This document shows positions 28,202 through 40,955 of a DNA stretch of 64,000 nt, piece by piece. A program made the translations under genes and the position numbers. Under the pieces are notes generated by a model. That model searched no databases, was not told the DNA's origin, and was given only the letters and a program-made list of their open reading frames with translations. The DNA is from Marsupella aquatica (Eukaryota > Plantae > Marchantiophyta): NCBI GenBank assembly GCA_973895155.1, contig OZ316891.1, positions 5,117,708-5,181,707 of the forward strand, read 5' to 3'. Every line of letters begins with the position of its first letter. Position 1 is the stretch's first letter.

Positions 28202-29964
28202 GGCCCTCCATATAGTGACCCCCTTGAAAATTAACCTGGGCGGATGTCATGTGTTGACACTCCAATATGGAGACTCCCTTCTTGCTATCCTTGTTGCTAT
28301 CTTGGCTTATTTGAATTGCTTACTAAATGTTCTTAATATGTCAGTTTGGTCTAGCTGATATGTATGCTTTGCATTGTTAACTTATATCAATTCTTTGGAC
28401 CCTTTTGATTAGTGTCGTCTTTGAATTATTTAGCATGTATATTAGGGTCATAAGTGGGCAATGCATGTGTATGCTTTTATATTCTGAATTTATCAATTTC
28501 TTTCAACCCATTTGATGTTTTCAGTCTCTCATTTTCTGTTTAGTATGATAGTCTTTGTTTTCATTTCTTGATTTTGAGAGACTGTCTTCTCTTTTCTCTA
28601 TATCTATTTAGAAATAATTTAATTCATTAAAGGCACTCCTCCTTCTGTTTGCATGAGAAGGATAGCCTCTTTTTAGTAGCATACAACTAAAATCCCCGCT
28701 AAAATCCAATCCATCCATGTACTAGTTTATATGTCCATTCTTCCTTAAAAAATTTCCCGTGCTTATGGGTTTTACACAATAGCTGTCACTAGCTTCAACA
28801 GTGAGCCCCCCTAAATACACAATGGGAAAGAAGGAAGGTACACTCAAGTTAGTGTACTTCTCTTTCACCTAGAAAGTATTGTACCTATAAGGTACACTCA
28901 AGTTAGTATACATCTCTTTCATTTGGGATGATTGTTGTTCTTTCACTAGGTCTTTGGTCCTTCAAGAATAACTGAAATGCATTTTGATAGGGACATTGAG
29001 GTCTCCAACAGGAAGTCAAAGTGGAGCCTGCTACATTTGATCACAAATCGCAGGGAGTAAGGTACAAGACAACATGTGGTCTGAAATGCATGCAATCTGT
29101 TTTCTACTCCTGTGTTTAAGTTTTGGTTGTCGATCAAGTATCAGTCTGTTTCTTTTGTGCATGCATTTGTTGTTTCTTATCCAACTGACAGAAGTGTGAC
29201 TGAGTTGCACATGTGATTTCCAGCCACTTGGGTATGAAAGCAATGGAAACGAGATCAGGTGAGATAAGGACCACTAGGTTCTAGTCATGCATAGGGAATG
29301 TATTGAAAGTTGCAATGAACGTGAGATTGGGTGACATATGGATGATAAGGTTTTGGTATACACAATCATCCTTATACTGCTCAGGCAGATAGCACTGTCT
29401 CACTTCAGATTTGTACATTGTTTTGTTGGTTTCTATGTGGATAATTTTGATGAAATAATGCGTGAGGTTTGGGAGTCTAAGGAACGATGCAGTGAGTGCT
29501 TTGACATATTAGGCCCCAGGTGAGTGCCAATTGATAGCTGAAGATTGGTCTGGTTTTACAGTAGAAGAACTATTAAAACCTTGTTGAATGACGTGTGGGA
29601 TAAAAATGATGTCACTTTGTATAGAAAGGAACTCACCTAGTATTCCTTTTGCTGTTCAGTTTATTTTACATGACTTGCGAGATCACATGCAGATCATGAA
29701 ATGTATTCTGCTTGCTTTGACTGAACAATATATAGCAAAGGCACTGGGCACAATCTGAAGATTCATGATATGTACATTGCCTTGTCAGTAGTGCAACATA
29801 TCCATAGTTGTCAACAAGTTGGTTACAATTGCTAGGTGCATGACAATGTTTGGAGGTACGTACATCTTGTAATGTGAAATTTGGAGCACTAAGTACTAAC
29901 ACTAAAGTTGTTTAATTTTAGTAGAATGTTGCTAGAGCAAGAAGATGAAGAGCATGGAATTTCT

Positions 29965-29978
29965 GGAGGGAGGGGGGG
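29965..29978 (+). other. Polypurine tract-like sequence preceding the putative host LTR
   Basis: GGAGGGAGGGGGGG, 4 nt before the inferred LTR start at 29983. Confidence 0.45.
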
Positions 29979-31646
29979 TCAGTATATGGAGAGGCATACA
30001 TTGCGTGCAACGTTTTAGGGTTTGGCCCCCCTAACTTATAAGTGAAAAATATTTTTTTGCAAAACCCTTTCTTTCTTTAAATTTTGCCATTTTTTACTAA
30101 AATATCCCTAAAACCTTTAAAGAAAACATTTTTTGTAATGAAATAGGCCTATGTGTTTTTTAAAGTCAACCTCAGGGGTCTCACTATATGGATGCCTCCC
30201 CATCCCCTATGACGTTTTTAGGCCTCGGACCCCCTAAAATGTAAGAAAAAATAAATTTTCAACCCCTATAAAGATGGAATATTCTTGGAATATTCTAAAA
30301 ATTTGGTTAGAAAGACCCTAATGTTCTTATAAGTCTCAAAATTGAATTTAAAAGACCCTATTGTTCTTTTGCAAAAATTCTTAAGTCTTCCCTTCAAACC
30401 AATAAAACAACCCTATCCTTTGTCGCACGTGATGTGCCATTTTTGTGGAAGTGAAATCCCCGAGAAGTCAACCAGTCAATAAAACATGCCCAATGTGTTA
30501 TTCCACAAAAAATTTGAAGTCTTCCGCCACACCCATTTAAATGGGCCTATACTTTGTCACATCACTAGTAGAAAACAATGTATTTTATGACCGAAACAAT
30601 GACTATTAATCAGGTCTTTTTAACAAAACAATGACGCAATCGTTCTCGTCTTTCCAGACGCGTCACAACGGACATTTTGGTCACGGTCCTTTTGGACAAA
30701 TGACGCTAAAAACATGTGGTCATTTCATACTATCCTAAATGACCATTTTTATGATATGGTCATAAATGTTGAACGGTCCAAAATGACGACACAAATCACC
30801 ATCGACGGTCAATTGCCGTTGACCGTCGATGGTCCCCGTACCCAATCACACAATGACATGTGGCAATCAAAAAACAAATAACATTGGTCATTTTGGACTT
30901 GTCCAAAATGATGTACATTATATAACAAATCAAATAGTGACACGTGGTTTAAAGAGGATTCACCATTTGGCAATATATTTGGGTCATTTTGGACGTGTCC
31001 AAAATGACTACGGTATAAACAAGTCATATTGAGACACGTGGTTCAATTGGGAGAAGACACGTAAAGATACACATTAGTCATTAATGACATGTCTTGAATG
31101 ACATAAAGTGAGTCATAGTGGACTTGTTTATAATGACCATGAGAAAGGTCATTGTATATGTCATTCTTTGAATCATTTAGTCTATGTCTTTAATGACCAG
31201 AGTTGAGTCATATTGGTCACAAAGATAGTTGTGGATAATGATCATTACATCAGTCATTCTAGCCAGTCATTTAGTCATTCTAGCCAGTCATTCAGACGAA
31301 GTATTCAATGATTTGGAGAAATTCAAATTTAAGTGATCATGATAGATAAAACTTCATGTCAATCAAAAATCATACATTACAAAGCCATTCAATAGATTTG
31401 CTGAATGAAAACTTAAAGCAACATTCGATATATATCACAAATCCAATTGATATTCATACAATATACCTTCATAAGTCTCACGATAAATATTGAACTCAAT
31501 GCAAATTTATGAAACAAAATTACATTGACATCAATAATATTAGATTGTCAATTGTTACAACCTGACATACCAATCATTCTGCATGTTTATAGAAAAACAG
31601 AGCTGTCATTCTATCATGTCTATTGTTTCTTGACAGAGTGCTATTT

Positions 31647-34600
31647 CTATTGCTTCTTAAGCAATCTAGAGTTCCATAGGGCATTCATCCCTTTCACATC
31701 AGATAATTTAGACTGGTTCTCCCCTGAATTGGCAAATGGCAATGCCACATCTACAAACACTTCAATCACACGCACTCGCAAGAAAGGGTTTTCAAAATCT
31801 GCACAATGAAACTTATCTTCTCCTGGCAGCCCTGTCACCTCACCTTCTGCGGCCACTATCATGGAATTGTCCACAACGCTCTTCATCTTCACCAAATCTC
31901 CTCTTGCAAACTGTGAACAACACATTTTGTTAAAAATGCAATAAACAGAAATTGAAAGATAGAAGAACACTCAAATCAAACACACATTTACCTTTGCAAC
32001 AGGGTTAGGAGACTGCATTGGTTTCTTCTGTGCAGGTGATGCATTTGCTGAGGATCCTTTCTTCCTTTTCTTCTTTCCCTTTCTAGTTGATGGAGTGTCA
32101 TCCTGCTCACTTGGAATGGGAGTTTCTTTTGGCAACTCAGATGATTCTGGGGTTATATTTGGTGTCAACTGAGTCGACTTGTCCTCTGGCAACTGAAAGG
32201 CATCTGAAATGGCTTCTTTGGGCAACTTAGATGGCAAAAGGTTCACTTCCAATTCAGTTTGCTTTAGAGTATTGTTAGCTATGTCAGTTGGTCTTCCCTG
32301 CGACACAGGAGGCTCCCCTAAAGATGCTATCATAAAACACACACAAAAGAAATGCATAAACAAACATGTATACACCAGCAACATGTAATCACACTAAAAA
32401 CATGCAAGAACATTATAAACATGCAATGACATATACACATCACAATAATTACATTGAATGGACAGTGTATACATGATAGAGAATTTTACCTTCATTATCG
32501 CCTGAAAAAGTAAGAGATCGCTTTCTACTACCTTGTTTGGTAGTTGTAGTCAACTTACTATGACTAGGCACAACTGTTGGAACTTGTACATTACTAGTGT
32601 GATGTGCCATCCACGTAGTCATCATGTTTGTCAACTCCCTCACAGTGCCTTTCAACTCAGCGACATCCAATTTCACAGCCCCAATGGCAGTGATCTCTTG
32701 TTTTGAATGTGGGGTCTATAAATGAACCACAAACCAACACAACATTCTCACTGTCAAACTTACAAACGACACAACACTCTGTCAAATGGAGAATGATGTA
32801 CAAATCAAATTGGTATGACAATACTCACAGCTGATCCATGTCTGTATCCTTGCCCCAGTAAGCTAGCACTTTTACCCTCCCCACTTGCCAATGATGGGCT
32901 CACCTTTGCTCCCACAAAACTACCAGTCTGACCTTCTGCACTTGCCAATGATGGGCTCATTGTCACCTTTGGCAATGAACCCTGACTACCATGGTTTTCT
33001 TTCAGGTCAGATATACCTGGGCTTGATCCTCTCTTCTGCTTCTGTTCAAACACACAATGAATGAGAAATCACAGAGTCTGTTTTCATCAAGATTCACAAA
33101 CAAGACAAAATTGATAGTGAAAATGATAGACAATTTACCATTCTCTTTGCTACTGCAGCATGCCCTCCCCTTCCAAAGTGAGAGGTATCTTGCACTCGTG
33201 CTCTTTTATCAGTCATCTGTTTACTCAAAGATATCAATGTTGGACTGGTAAAATGAGATACCAAAGCTACCCATTTCTTTGGATCAACACCAGATGGCCC
33301 AGGTTTGGTTGGATCCTCATTGCAAACTTTCTTCCAGTAAACATGCATTTTATGGCGCTCTCTCTTCAATATGCCACGACAATGACTCTGGAATTTGGTG
33401 TTAATAAATTCCCCACCCACATACTCCCACTCAGCTGCCATGTTATTCCACACTGTGGTTGTATGAACTTGTGGATGATCAGTCCATTTTGGCTTTGATA
33501 CATCAAAGACTCTGAGTACATAATTGCCACGAAGTTCCTCCAGCCAGTATTGTTTGTTGCCATCAGAATCATCAATATCATTGTCATAAATCTGCATTTC
33601 ACAGACAATGTCAGATCATAACTCTGGAATTTATGCAAAGTCCAGGTTTTATACACACAACAACAGAGAGGATCAGATTTGTCTAAATCTACATTCAAAA
33701 AAAGTACAATACTCACTTTAATGTGTTTGGGCACCTCTCCGCAATCCCTTCATTGTTTGGCAGTATTATCAAACTGCTTCTTAGCATGCCTTCGTTCCCT
33801 GCGCATCTCAGAGGCCCCGCCTGCAATGCACACACATGCATTCAATCAAAAAATATGTACATGATTGAAAAGTACAGCAAATGCACTTGCATATGCATGA
33901 CGAGCAGATTGTGTATTACCTGAAGATCCTCTGGAATGTAGTACATCAGATTGACCTGATCTGCCTTCAGATGCTGATGGAACCACTAAACAAACACACA
34001 ACACCAAAGCACTTCAATTAATTTCATTTCCAAGTAGAATATCAACTTCCAAACACACCTGAAAAGTAGAACAGTACAATCCACTCACTTTCATATAAGA
34101 GTCCAGTGTCTGGGTCTTTCCAACATCTCACCAGCCCCCCTCCACCAGGCCCAGTCTTCTTAGGACCACGATTTTGTTTCTGTACCTACATCATGGACAA
34201 TGTAAGCATATCAACATATAATTTGAAAAAGGGACAAGGATCCCTTCCTATTAGGATGATGAAGTTCAAGCATTACCTGTTGTTCACTCTTTGGTTCTGA
34301 CCCTCCAATGTCACAATCCTCAGTGTCATACCCAGAATGAGAACCATAGCCATCATCACCAAACTCTGCCATGTTCACCTTGGTAACTTCTGATAGTCTA
34401 GAGCTCCTCCTCTTTGGCAATGTTTCAGTTGAAGTACCTTTCACCAAAGCAGGCTTTCCTCTCTCTCGTTGTACATGTGTGGTTGGGCCTCTAAGGAACA
34501 ATTAAAGCAATCATCAACATACACCAATGCAGATCAAACATACATGCAAAATGAATCTACAACACCGTAACACTGTCTAGTACTTATGTACAGGATAAAT

Positions 34601-34840
34601 ACTAGTATGAGACCAATCTGGAATATGAAAACAGAAAAGGAACCTGACAACTCCATCTACTGAATCAAATTTGCAACAGACATATTAACACACACATCAG
34701 CTTGCAGTCTGGCCCCAGTCCTAGATCACGCATAATTCTGACATTATGCTCTATGTTCCGATTTTGGGCCTCCTCATAAGGATTCACAGAATGTGACAAC
34801 CCCTGCAATCTTCCTTTCACAGGCTGCATTCACCAACTGC
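31647..34840 (-). CDS. Multi-exon TnpA-like (Ptta/Tnp1 En/Spm) accessory transposase; integrity uncertain
   Basis: The exon at ~33138-33590 has P.GV....WVALVSHFTS...KRAR...SHFGRGG (Transposase_24-like). The last exon (~31647-31910) has VAAEGEV....KFH....FLRVRVIEV..DVALPF....KLSDVKG..ALW (Transposase_23/Tnp1-like). Several short GT-AG-bounded segments lie between. Exon model and 5' end are approximate. Confidence 0.7.
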
Positions 34841-34923
34841 ACAAATGGGTAAACCATTAGTCTGATTTCATATATAGTCCATACATGTAGTCCATCTATG
34901 GACTTCACACACCTAAAACCTAT

Positions 34924-37900
34924 TCACTGCTTATGCCTGCCCTTTCTTGCAGATCCCTCTGCATCTCTGCCTCGTTTGGGACCAGTCAATGGTCCTAGAT
35001 TTGCTCTAGACCTATAGGCCTTAGCCAATTCGATGTGTAATTTGACATTGTTTTCCATTGTATCATGGAAATCAAAGTCTATGTAATCACCTAACACCCT
35101 TGTGGACCTGGATTCTTTGTGGAGGATTGTTCTCCATGCTATCCCCTTCTCATTGGGGTGGAAGAAAACCTGCTCCACTTGCTTTGGGAAAATGTAATCC
35201 ATTTTCTTGGACACACCCAGTTCTCTATGGAAATTCACCTGCCAAAGACCAGACTCGAAATACCTCATACTGGCAGAGGATTTAGGAGTCCATGATGGAT
35301 CTGCCCATTTCCCTTTGAAAAGAATCACCTCTTTCCTCAAGCTGCCGTAATTCAGTACCAAGATATCTGTCAAGGCCCCTACATACTGTACAGATTCTTC
35401 TATGGTTGCACCAGACCTGTCCACTCGCTTCTCAGTGAATGTAGAAGCCATCCCAGAATCAAAAGTGCTGAAAGCACCAGAATCACAATCACTCAAACAC
35501 CCCAAGGATGGAATAGTCCTCCAATGGTGCCCATAGGCTCTGCATGCCCTATACAGTCGTGCCTTCAAACTAGGTGGTGTGGAGTATACAGATAGTAATG
35601 ACCGCTCAGACTCTTTCTCAAAATTATGGGTATTGACTAATGTTTGAAACCATTCCCTGAAAGGTGGCAATTCTTGGCAGTCAGCGGGAAATTCCACTGG
35701 TTTTCTTCGATTGGCAGGCTTCCTCATCCATTCCTTCCGGAAATCCACTCTTCGTTTGGTAACAGTCTCATTGGTAGCATCATATATCCTACATGGCAAC
35801 AACAACACTGAAGACATTAGTGCATGATCCACCATGAATATACAAACACAATGGGGCAACATAATTTAGGGTTTATGTACCTGTACCATGGAGCCAAGTG
35901 CTGTCTCTTCATTCTCCAATATATAATGATGCATGGCCATCATTTCAGACCAATCCAAAGTTATCGCCTTTGCAGCCCCTTCCAAAACAATGCCTGCAAC
36001 GCCAACATCCTCCTCCAACTCCCAGGTTCGTTTTCCCTCTCCCTTTGCATCAATCATGTATTCAGAAAGGAATCCCAAAGACTCATCTAATACATAGCCT
36101 TCAGCCATAGAAGCCTCTGGACGTGCCTTGTTTCGTACATAACCCTTCAATACCTTCAGGTTCCTCTCTATTGGGTACATCCATCTGCCTGTAACTGGGC
36201 CACACAAGTCTAATTCCTCCACTAGGTGAATCATTAAATGGGTCATGACATCAAAGAAGCTTGGTGGAAAATGGATTTCCAAAATGCAGAGAGTGAATGC
36301 AACATCCATCATCAAATTCTCATACATTGAAGGGTCCCACACCTTCGTACAGATCTGGCGATAGATATTGCTCACCCCAGCTATGGCCAAGCGAACCCCT
36401 TCATCAAGTAATCCCATTGTTGCCAGAGGGAGAATCTGTTGCATGAGTTGGTGGAAATCATGTGATTTCAACCCAGAGAGTTTCTTGGATTTTGTAACAC
36501 ACTTCGCCAAAGAACTTGAAAAACCAGTGGGCCCTTTCAAGGTCAATAACACCTCCAAGAACCTTGTTCTTTCCTTCTTGCTCAGGCAATATGGGGCTGG
36601 GGGCATCAACAATTTGTCATCGTTACGCTTGGGAGCTGGATTGGGTACAAGCCATAGGTGTTGGCGCACCTGTAAGAGCTTCATGTCTTCTCTCACAGAA
36701 GGAGTGTCCTTGGTCCCAATGATAGTGTGCACAATGTTGTGTGCAAGATTCTTCTCACAGTGCATGGGATCTAGACAATGGTTAATGAGTAGTTTCTGCA
36801 GTGGACACACAATTCAGAAATTAGGGCATTGAATACAACTTTTGACATCACTAGACAGTAGTTTGTGCAGTAGACACAATTCAGAAATTAGTGCATTGAA
36901 TACAACTATTACAAAATCTGGGCTACAGGAAGTATATGAAGAGAATATATTTCAAAGTCATATGAAGAGATTGCAGAAATTCATTGTAGTAGTATGGAGT
37001 CTTACATTCCAATAGGGCAACTTGTACAGACCAGTAGCCCTCTTCACTCCATGCACCTTTATAGGGCATTTCTCATCCTCAACCTTGGTTCCTCCCTTCT
37101 TCAAATATTCTGTTGTCTCGTCTCCCCACTTCTTTCTATCAGAGCTTGTCATTCTACACGGTGCAGGTCGACTCTCAATTGCACCATCAAAGTATTGTGC
37201 ACTGTCTGGTCTACGAAAAAGATGCCTTGCTGCTAACCATCGACGGTGGCCACTGTACTCTAATTTCTGCAAGTGCTTAGAACCACATGCCACACATTTT
37301 GGCCCATAGATGACACATCCTTTGTATCCAGAGTGTTGTTGTCCAGATATTAAACCATATGCAGGGTAATCATTGATTGTCCACAATAGCACAGCCCTAA
37401 GGTTGAAGTGTTGAGACAATCCTGGGCGTGGCAATTTGTCAAAGCAGGGCACTCCTTTCTTCCACAACAGCTCTAGCTCCTCATAGAATGGGCCCAATAT
37501 TATGTCCAGTTGTTCCTCTGTTACTGAATCAGGTCCTGGAATCAGCATAGCTAGCATGACAAAGAACTTCTTGGTGGTAAGCCAAGGAGGTAAGTTGTAA
37601 TTCAACAACAGTATTGGCCAGCATACCATGCTCCCCCATCAAAGACAACAATGCATTCACTCCTTTGTTTGAGAATCCATGGCCATGACAGATGTTCAGC
37701 AGAAGCAACATGAATGACACAACATCTATTTTGCTGCCTGGGAACAAAGGTTGCATTGCTGCATCTAAAGATAACTGTGCAGGATCAGTCTCCACAGGAG
37801 TTTCAGAGGTTTCAAGGGGGTTTACAGGATGGGCACCTTCTTCACTCTCATCATCCCCAAGTACAAAATCCAAGTCAAAATGGTCCTGATCATCTAGTTC

Positions 37901-38436
37901 ATGTTCAGGGGATTCTTCACTGGTTCTCAGCAACGTTTCTTCTAGTAGAGCCCTGATATGTTCTTCGACATCTATAGTTGGATGTTCTTGAACATCCACA
38001 GTTGGATACTCTGGAACATCCACAGTTGGATACTCTGGAACGTCTACAAATAAATGTTCTTCAACATCTACAGTTGGTTGTTGTGCACAGGTTGCCTGCT
38101 GAAGGTTTGCTACCTCAATGCCTCAGGGCCATGTTGTGACATGTAGTCAGCACCCCACTCTTCATCAGAAGAGTCTTGTCCCTCTCCCACCCACACTCGA
38201 CATGCAGGGTACTGACCATGTTTAATAAGGTGCAGTCTAGCAGTATTCCGATTAGTCCTATAATTCCCTTTGCAGTTCACACAAGGGCAGTACATCTTAT
38301 GGTCCCCACTCTTGTGGTAGGCCTTCTATTCTCGAACCCACAAAGCATCATCACGATGTTGTACTCTAGCTGGATGGAAGAGCGGCAACTTTGGAGTTCT
38401 ACCCACACCTAACATATTCTGTGGCAATTGTGCCAT
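34924..38436 (-). pseudogene. TnpD-type CACTA transposase (Transpos_assoc, Transposase_21, DUF4218, DUF4216), disrupted
   Basis: Motifs CPCVNC...HLIKHG; WPILLLNYNLPPW...LIPGP; LRAVLLWTINDYPAYGLISG; HCLDPMHCEKN; LSGLKSHDFH; FPPSFFDVMTHLMIHL; RWMYPIER; YVGALTDILVLNY..VILFKGKW; QVEQVFF. Introns at 37005-36796 and ~35880-35789. Lesions: stop at 38326-38328, frameshifts at ~38115 and ~35900, and a large internal deletion with frameshift at ~37630. Confidence 0.92.
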
Positions 38437-39020
38437 GCTAGCTTGATTGAAATTGTATTCAAACTATGATTTTCAAACTGAATCAGTGTGACATGCATAC
38501 AAAATTGGGCCTACCGTCACAGTTGTACAACCGATGCCAACCACAGTCCAATTGCTCAAACCCACAGAGCCCAATTTCTCAAATCCACTGTAGTAGGGCA
38601 CCTTCTCCTTCTTGCATACAAATAGAGCATCACATACAGTGTCATCAGAATGATACTATGAACGTAAATCTCTGTGCCTTCATCATTTCCAGTATTTGTT
38701 TGCCTATTAGGAATGTGAGCAGACAGGTCTGGAATAAGTAACGTTTGTGACATCAGTGACAAATTTACAAGTGAAGTTTAGACATCACACTCAAAGCACA
38801 TGCATGAAAATCGGAATCCTACCCTGGAAAAGATAGTAAAGTTGATTTCTCAAAATTAATTGCCTCAATCCGCAATGCACTGTCGTAGAGTGTGTATACA
38901 TGAGGAGTTCATCAAACTGCATATAAATAGTCCACATGTTTTAGCACTCTGAAAATTGTTTAAGTCCACGTGAAACCATCAAAAAGCTCTATCTCAAGTT
39001 TGTGTTCCATCCAGCCTCAA

Positions 39021-39680
39021 TCAAATCCAAGATATGTGGCTCCTAGCAGGAGTGCCTAGTGTAGGGTCAATGTCATGGTTAGGACAGTAAAACATCCCCT
39101 TCTTGGGCTGCCCATGTGCTGAGTGATCCCAAATTGTTCGATCATGGGCAAATCCCCTCTGCTGGATAAACAACAGGTAGTCCTTGTGCCATGCCTTAGG
39201 ACACCTCATGCACTGAACCAAAAAGCCATTAGCCCCATCATTGGGCCCCTGTCCACAAGTAAGACAAATATGGAGTCCACATGATGCTGTGCCAGGAACC
39301 AAACACTACCGACAGTAAAACCGGGCACAGAGAGGGTCTGGACATTTTCTTACCTCTTCACCAATTTTTCCAGACACATGGCACTTAAAGCAAGAATGTT
39401 CATCATTCTTGCAATCAACACAAAGCCATTCTCCAACATGGCCATCAGCCAGGGATATAGTTGGGCATAGCCATTGCTGACCCAAAGGACAGGAAACATT
39501 CTTATGGAAATGTCGGTGGCAAGGCCCATCACAAACAATGAGATCCCCTCCCTCATCACAAATCGCACATACATGTGGACTATTTTGGTTAATCTCAATG
39601 TCTGAATATAAGGCCAATTGAGGTGCTTGAGAGGATTCACCTCTGCAACGATTCATGGCCTTCTGCTTATTGCGAGCCAT
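39021..39680 (-). pseudogene. Stand-alone EDM2-type composite PHD finger gene inside the CACTA (219 codons, one in-frame stop)
   Basis: ATG at 39680, TGA at 39021-39023, single in-frame TAG at 39306-39308. Translation: VCAICDEGGDLIVCDGPCHRHFH...WLCVDCKNDEHSCFKC...VRKCPDPLCARFYCR*C...CGLHICLTC...QCMRCPKAWHKD...IWD...FYCPNHDIDPTLGTPARSHISW. This is colinear with the EDM2 PHD region as recalled, including its distinctive C-terminal YC-x2-H-(E/D)ID...TP-x-R-x-H tail. Confidence 0.85.
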
Positions 39681-40770
39681 GGTCCTGCACACTCAGACCC
39701 TACATCAGATTGTGAAGCAAGAAGGAATAACAGGGTGCAACATGACACAAAAGAATGAGGGTGCAACATAAAATATGACATGTAACCACAAGGGAGCAGC
39801 ATAAACCAATGCTTTATGGATGGCAAAGCACTAGGACTGAGCAACACAAATAACCTTGGCCTATGATTGGAAGCAATCACAAATATTGCAACCTGTATGC
39901 CTTCGCCTTCTGTCCAGCAGTGCTCACTCACCCTGCCTTTTTTAAATCTGTAAGGGCAACATAGAACAAATAGCAATTGAGTTTCAGCAAAGCATTGGTT
40001 CTCAAGTTTTAAAATGGACAGACTTGTTTCATTGTCTGCCTTGTGCGCATCAGGCTAAGACCGATCAGGGCAAATAATTTATATATTCAAGTAGTGAGAG
40101 CTACAAAATTTGTTGGGACAGTTTTCTAGTTCTGATCCTGCTGCGCTTTATATACAGCAACAACCTGAATTCGATTTTTATAGACCAGCTTTTCACCACG
40201 GCTACGACTTCAAAACAATCACACAATGAAATCATGTAGAGGCATGAAGTAAACATGGGTCAAGGCTGTGAATAAAGTTCTCACCTTGTCCCTGCATAGC
40301 ATCGGGAAATTCTACCCAGAGTCTAAAGCGGGAGATACCCAGGCGATGATCCATCCCAAGTTGCGTCAGGTCTAGGAAGGTTAGTACTCTCCTAATGTGA
40401 CAAGACTTCTTCTGGATCATTCTCTGTAACAAAATTTATTTGTTTGAAGTAAACGACTGAAATCATTTGATGGCAAATTCTCCATTTGGACTCTGTGGAC
40501 AGTGGGGTATAATTTTGTAAGACATTCCGGCCCACTGAACACAACGAACACAACAAACATTGCCAATGAAACATTCATTGCCAAACTCCATGAACTTACT
40601 AGCAGATTCTATGTTCAATTAGGCAACATTAAACAGACCAGCCTTCCACTCAGGCAGAAACAATCCTGGCCCACTCAAGCATTGATTAGGGTCGATCTTG
40701 TCCTTCCCGTGTACGCCTCAATGCTTATTGTATGCCGTTCTAACAACATTCTTCATTCGTTTACTCAAAG

Positions 40771-40955
40771 GATTCTATTATTGGACGAGAGCATCACGAA
40801 AGGAGCAGATATAAGTAAAGTTGGTGGTAGCTGATGATGAATGATCGACTGATGTTATAATCCAAGGCAATTACGAACAAATCGATCGTCTCCGACAAGA
40901 ATTGGGTCTCATGGAAAAGGGCATGGTTTATGTGAAGGGACTGTTAGAAAAATAG
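40771..40955 (+). pseudogene. CCB1: Captured terminal exon of host CCB1 (cofactor assembly of cytochrome b6f, DUF3529)
   Basis: After an AG acceptor at 40769-40770 the frame reads FYYWTRASRKEQI*VKLVVADDE*STDVIIQGNYEQIDRLRQELGLMEKGMVYVKGLLEK*. This matches the recalled CCB1 C-terminus (YYW.RASRKE.I.VK...VQG...EKGMVYVKG). It has two internal stops. Confidence 0.85.

Noticed and set aside
28790-28815. CAACA followed by a possible primer-binding site
   Set aside because: Lacks the TGG start or recognisable tRNA 3' complementarity, and has no matching LTR.
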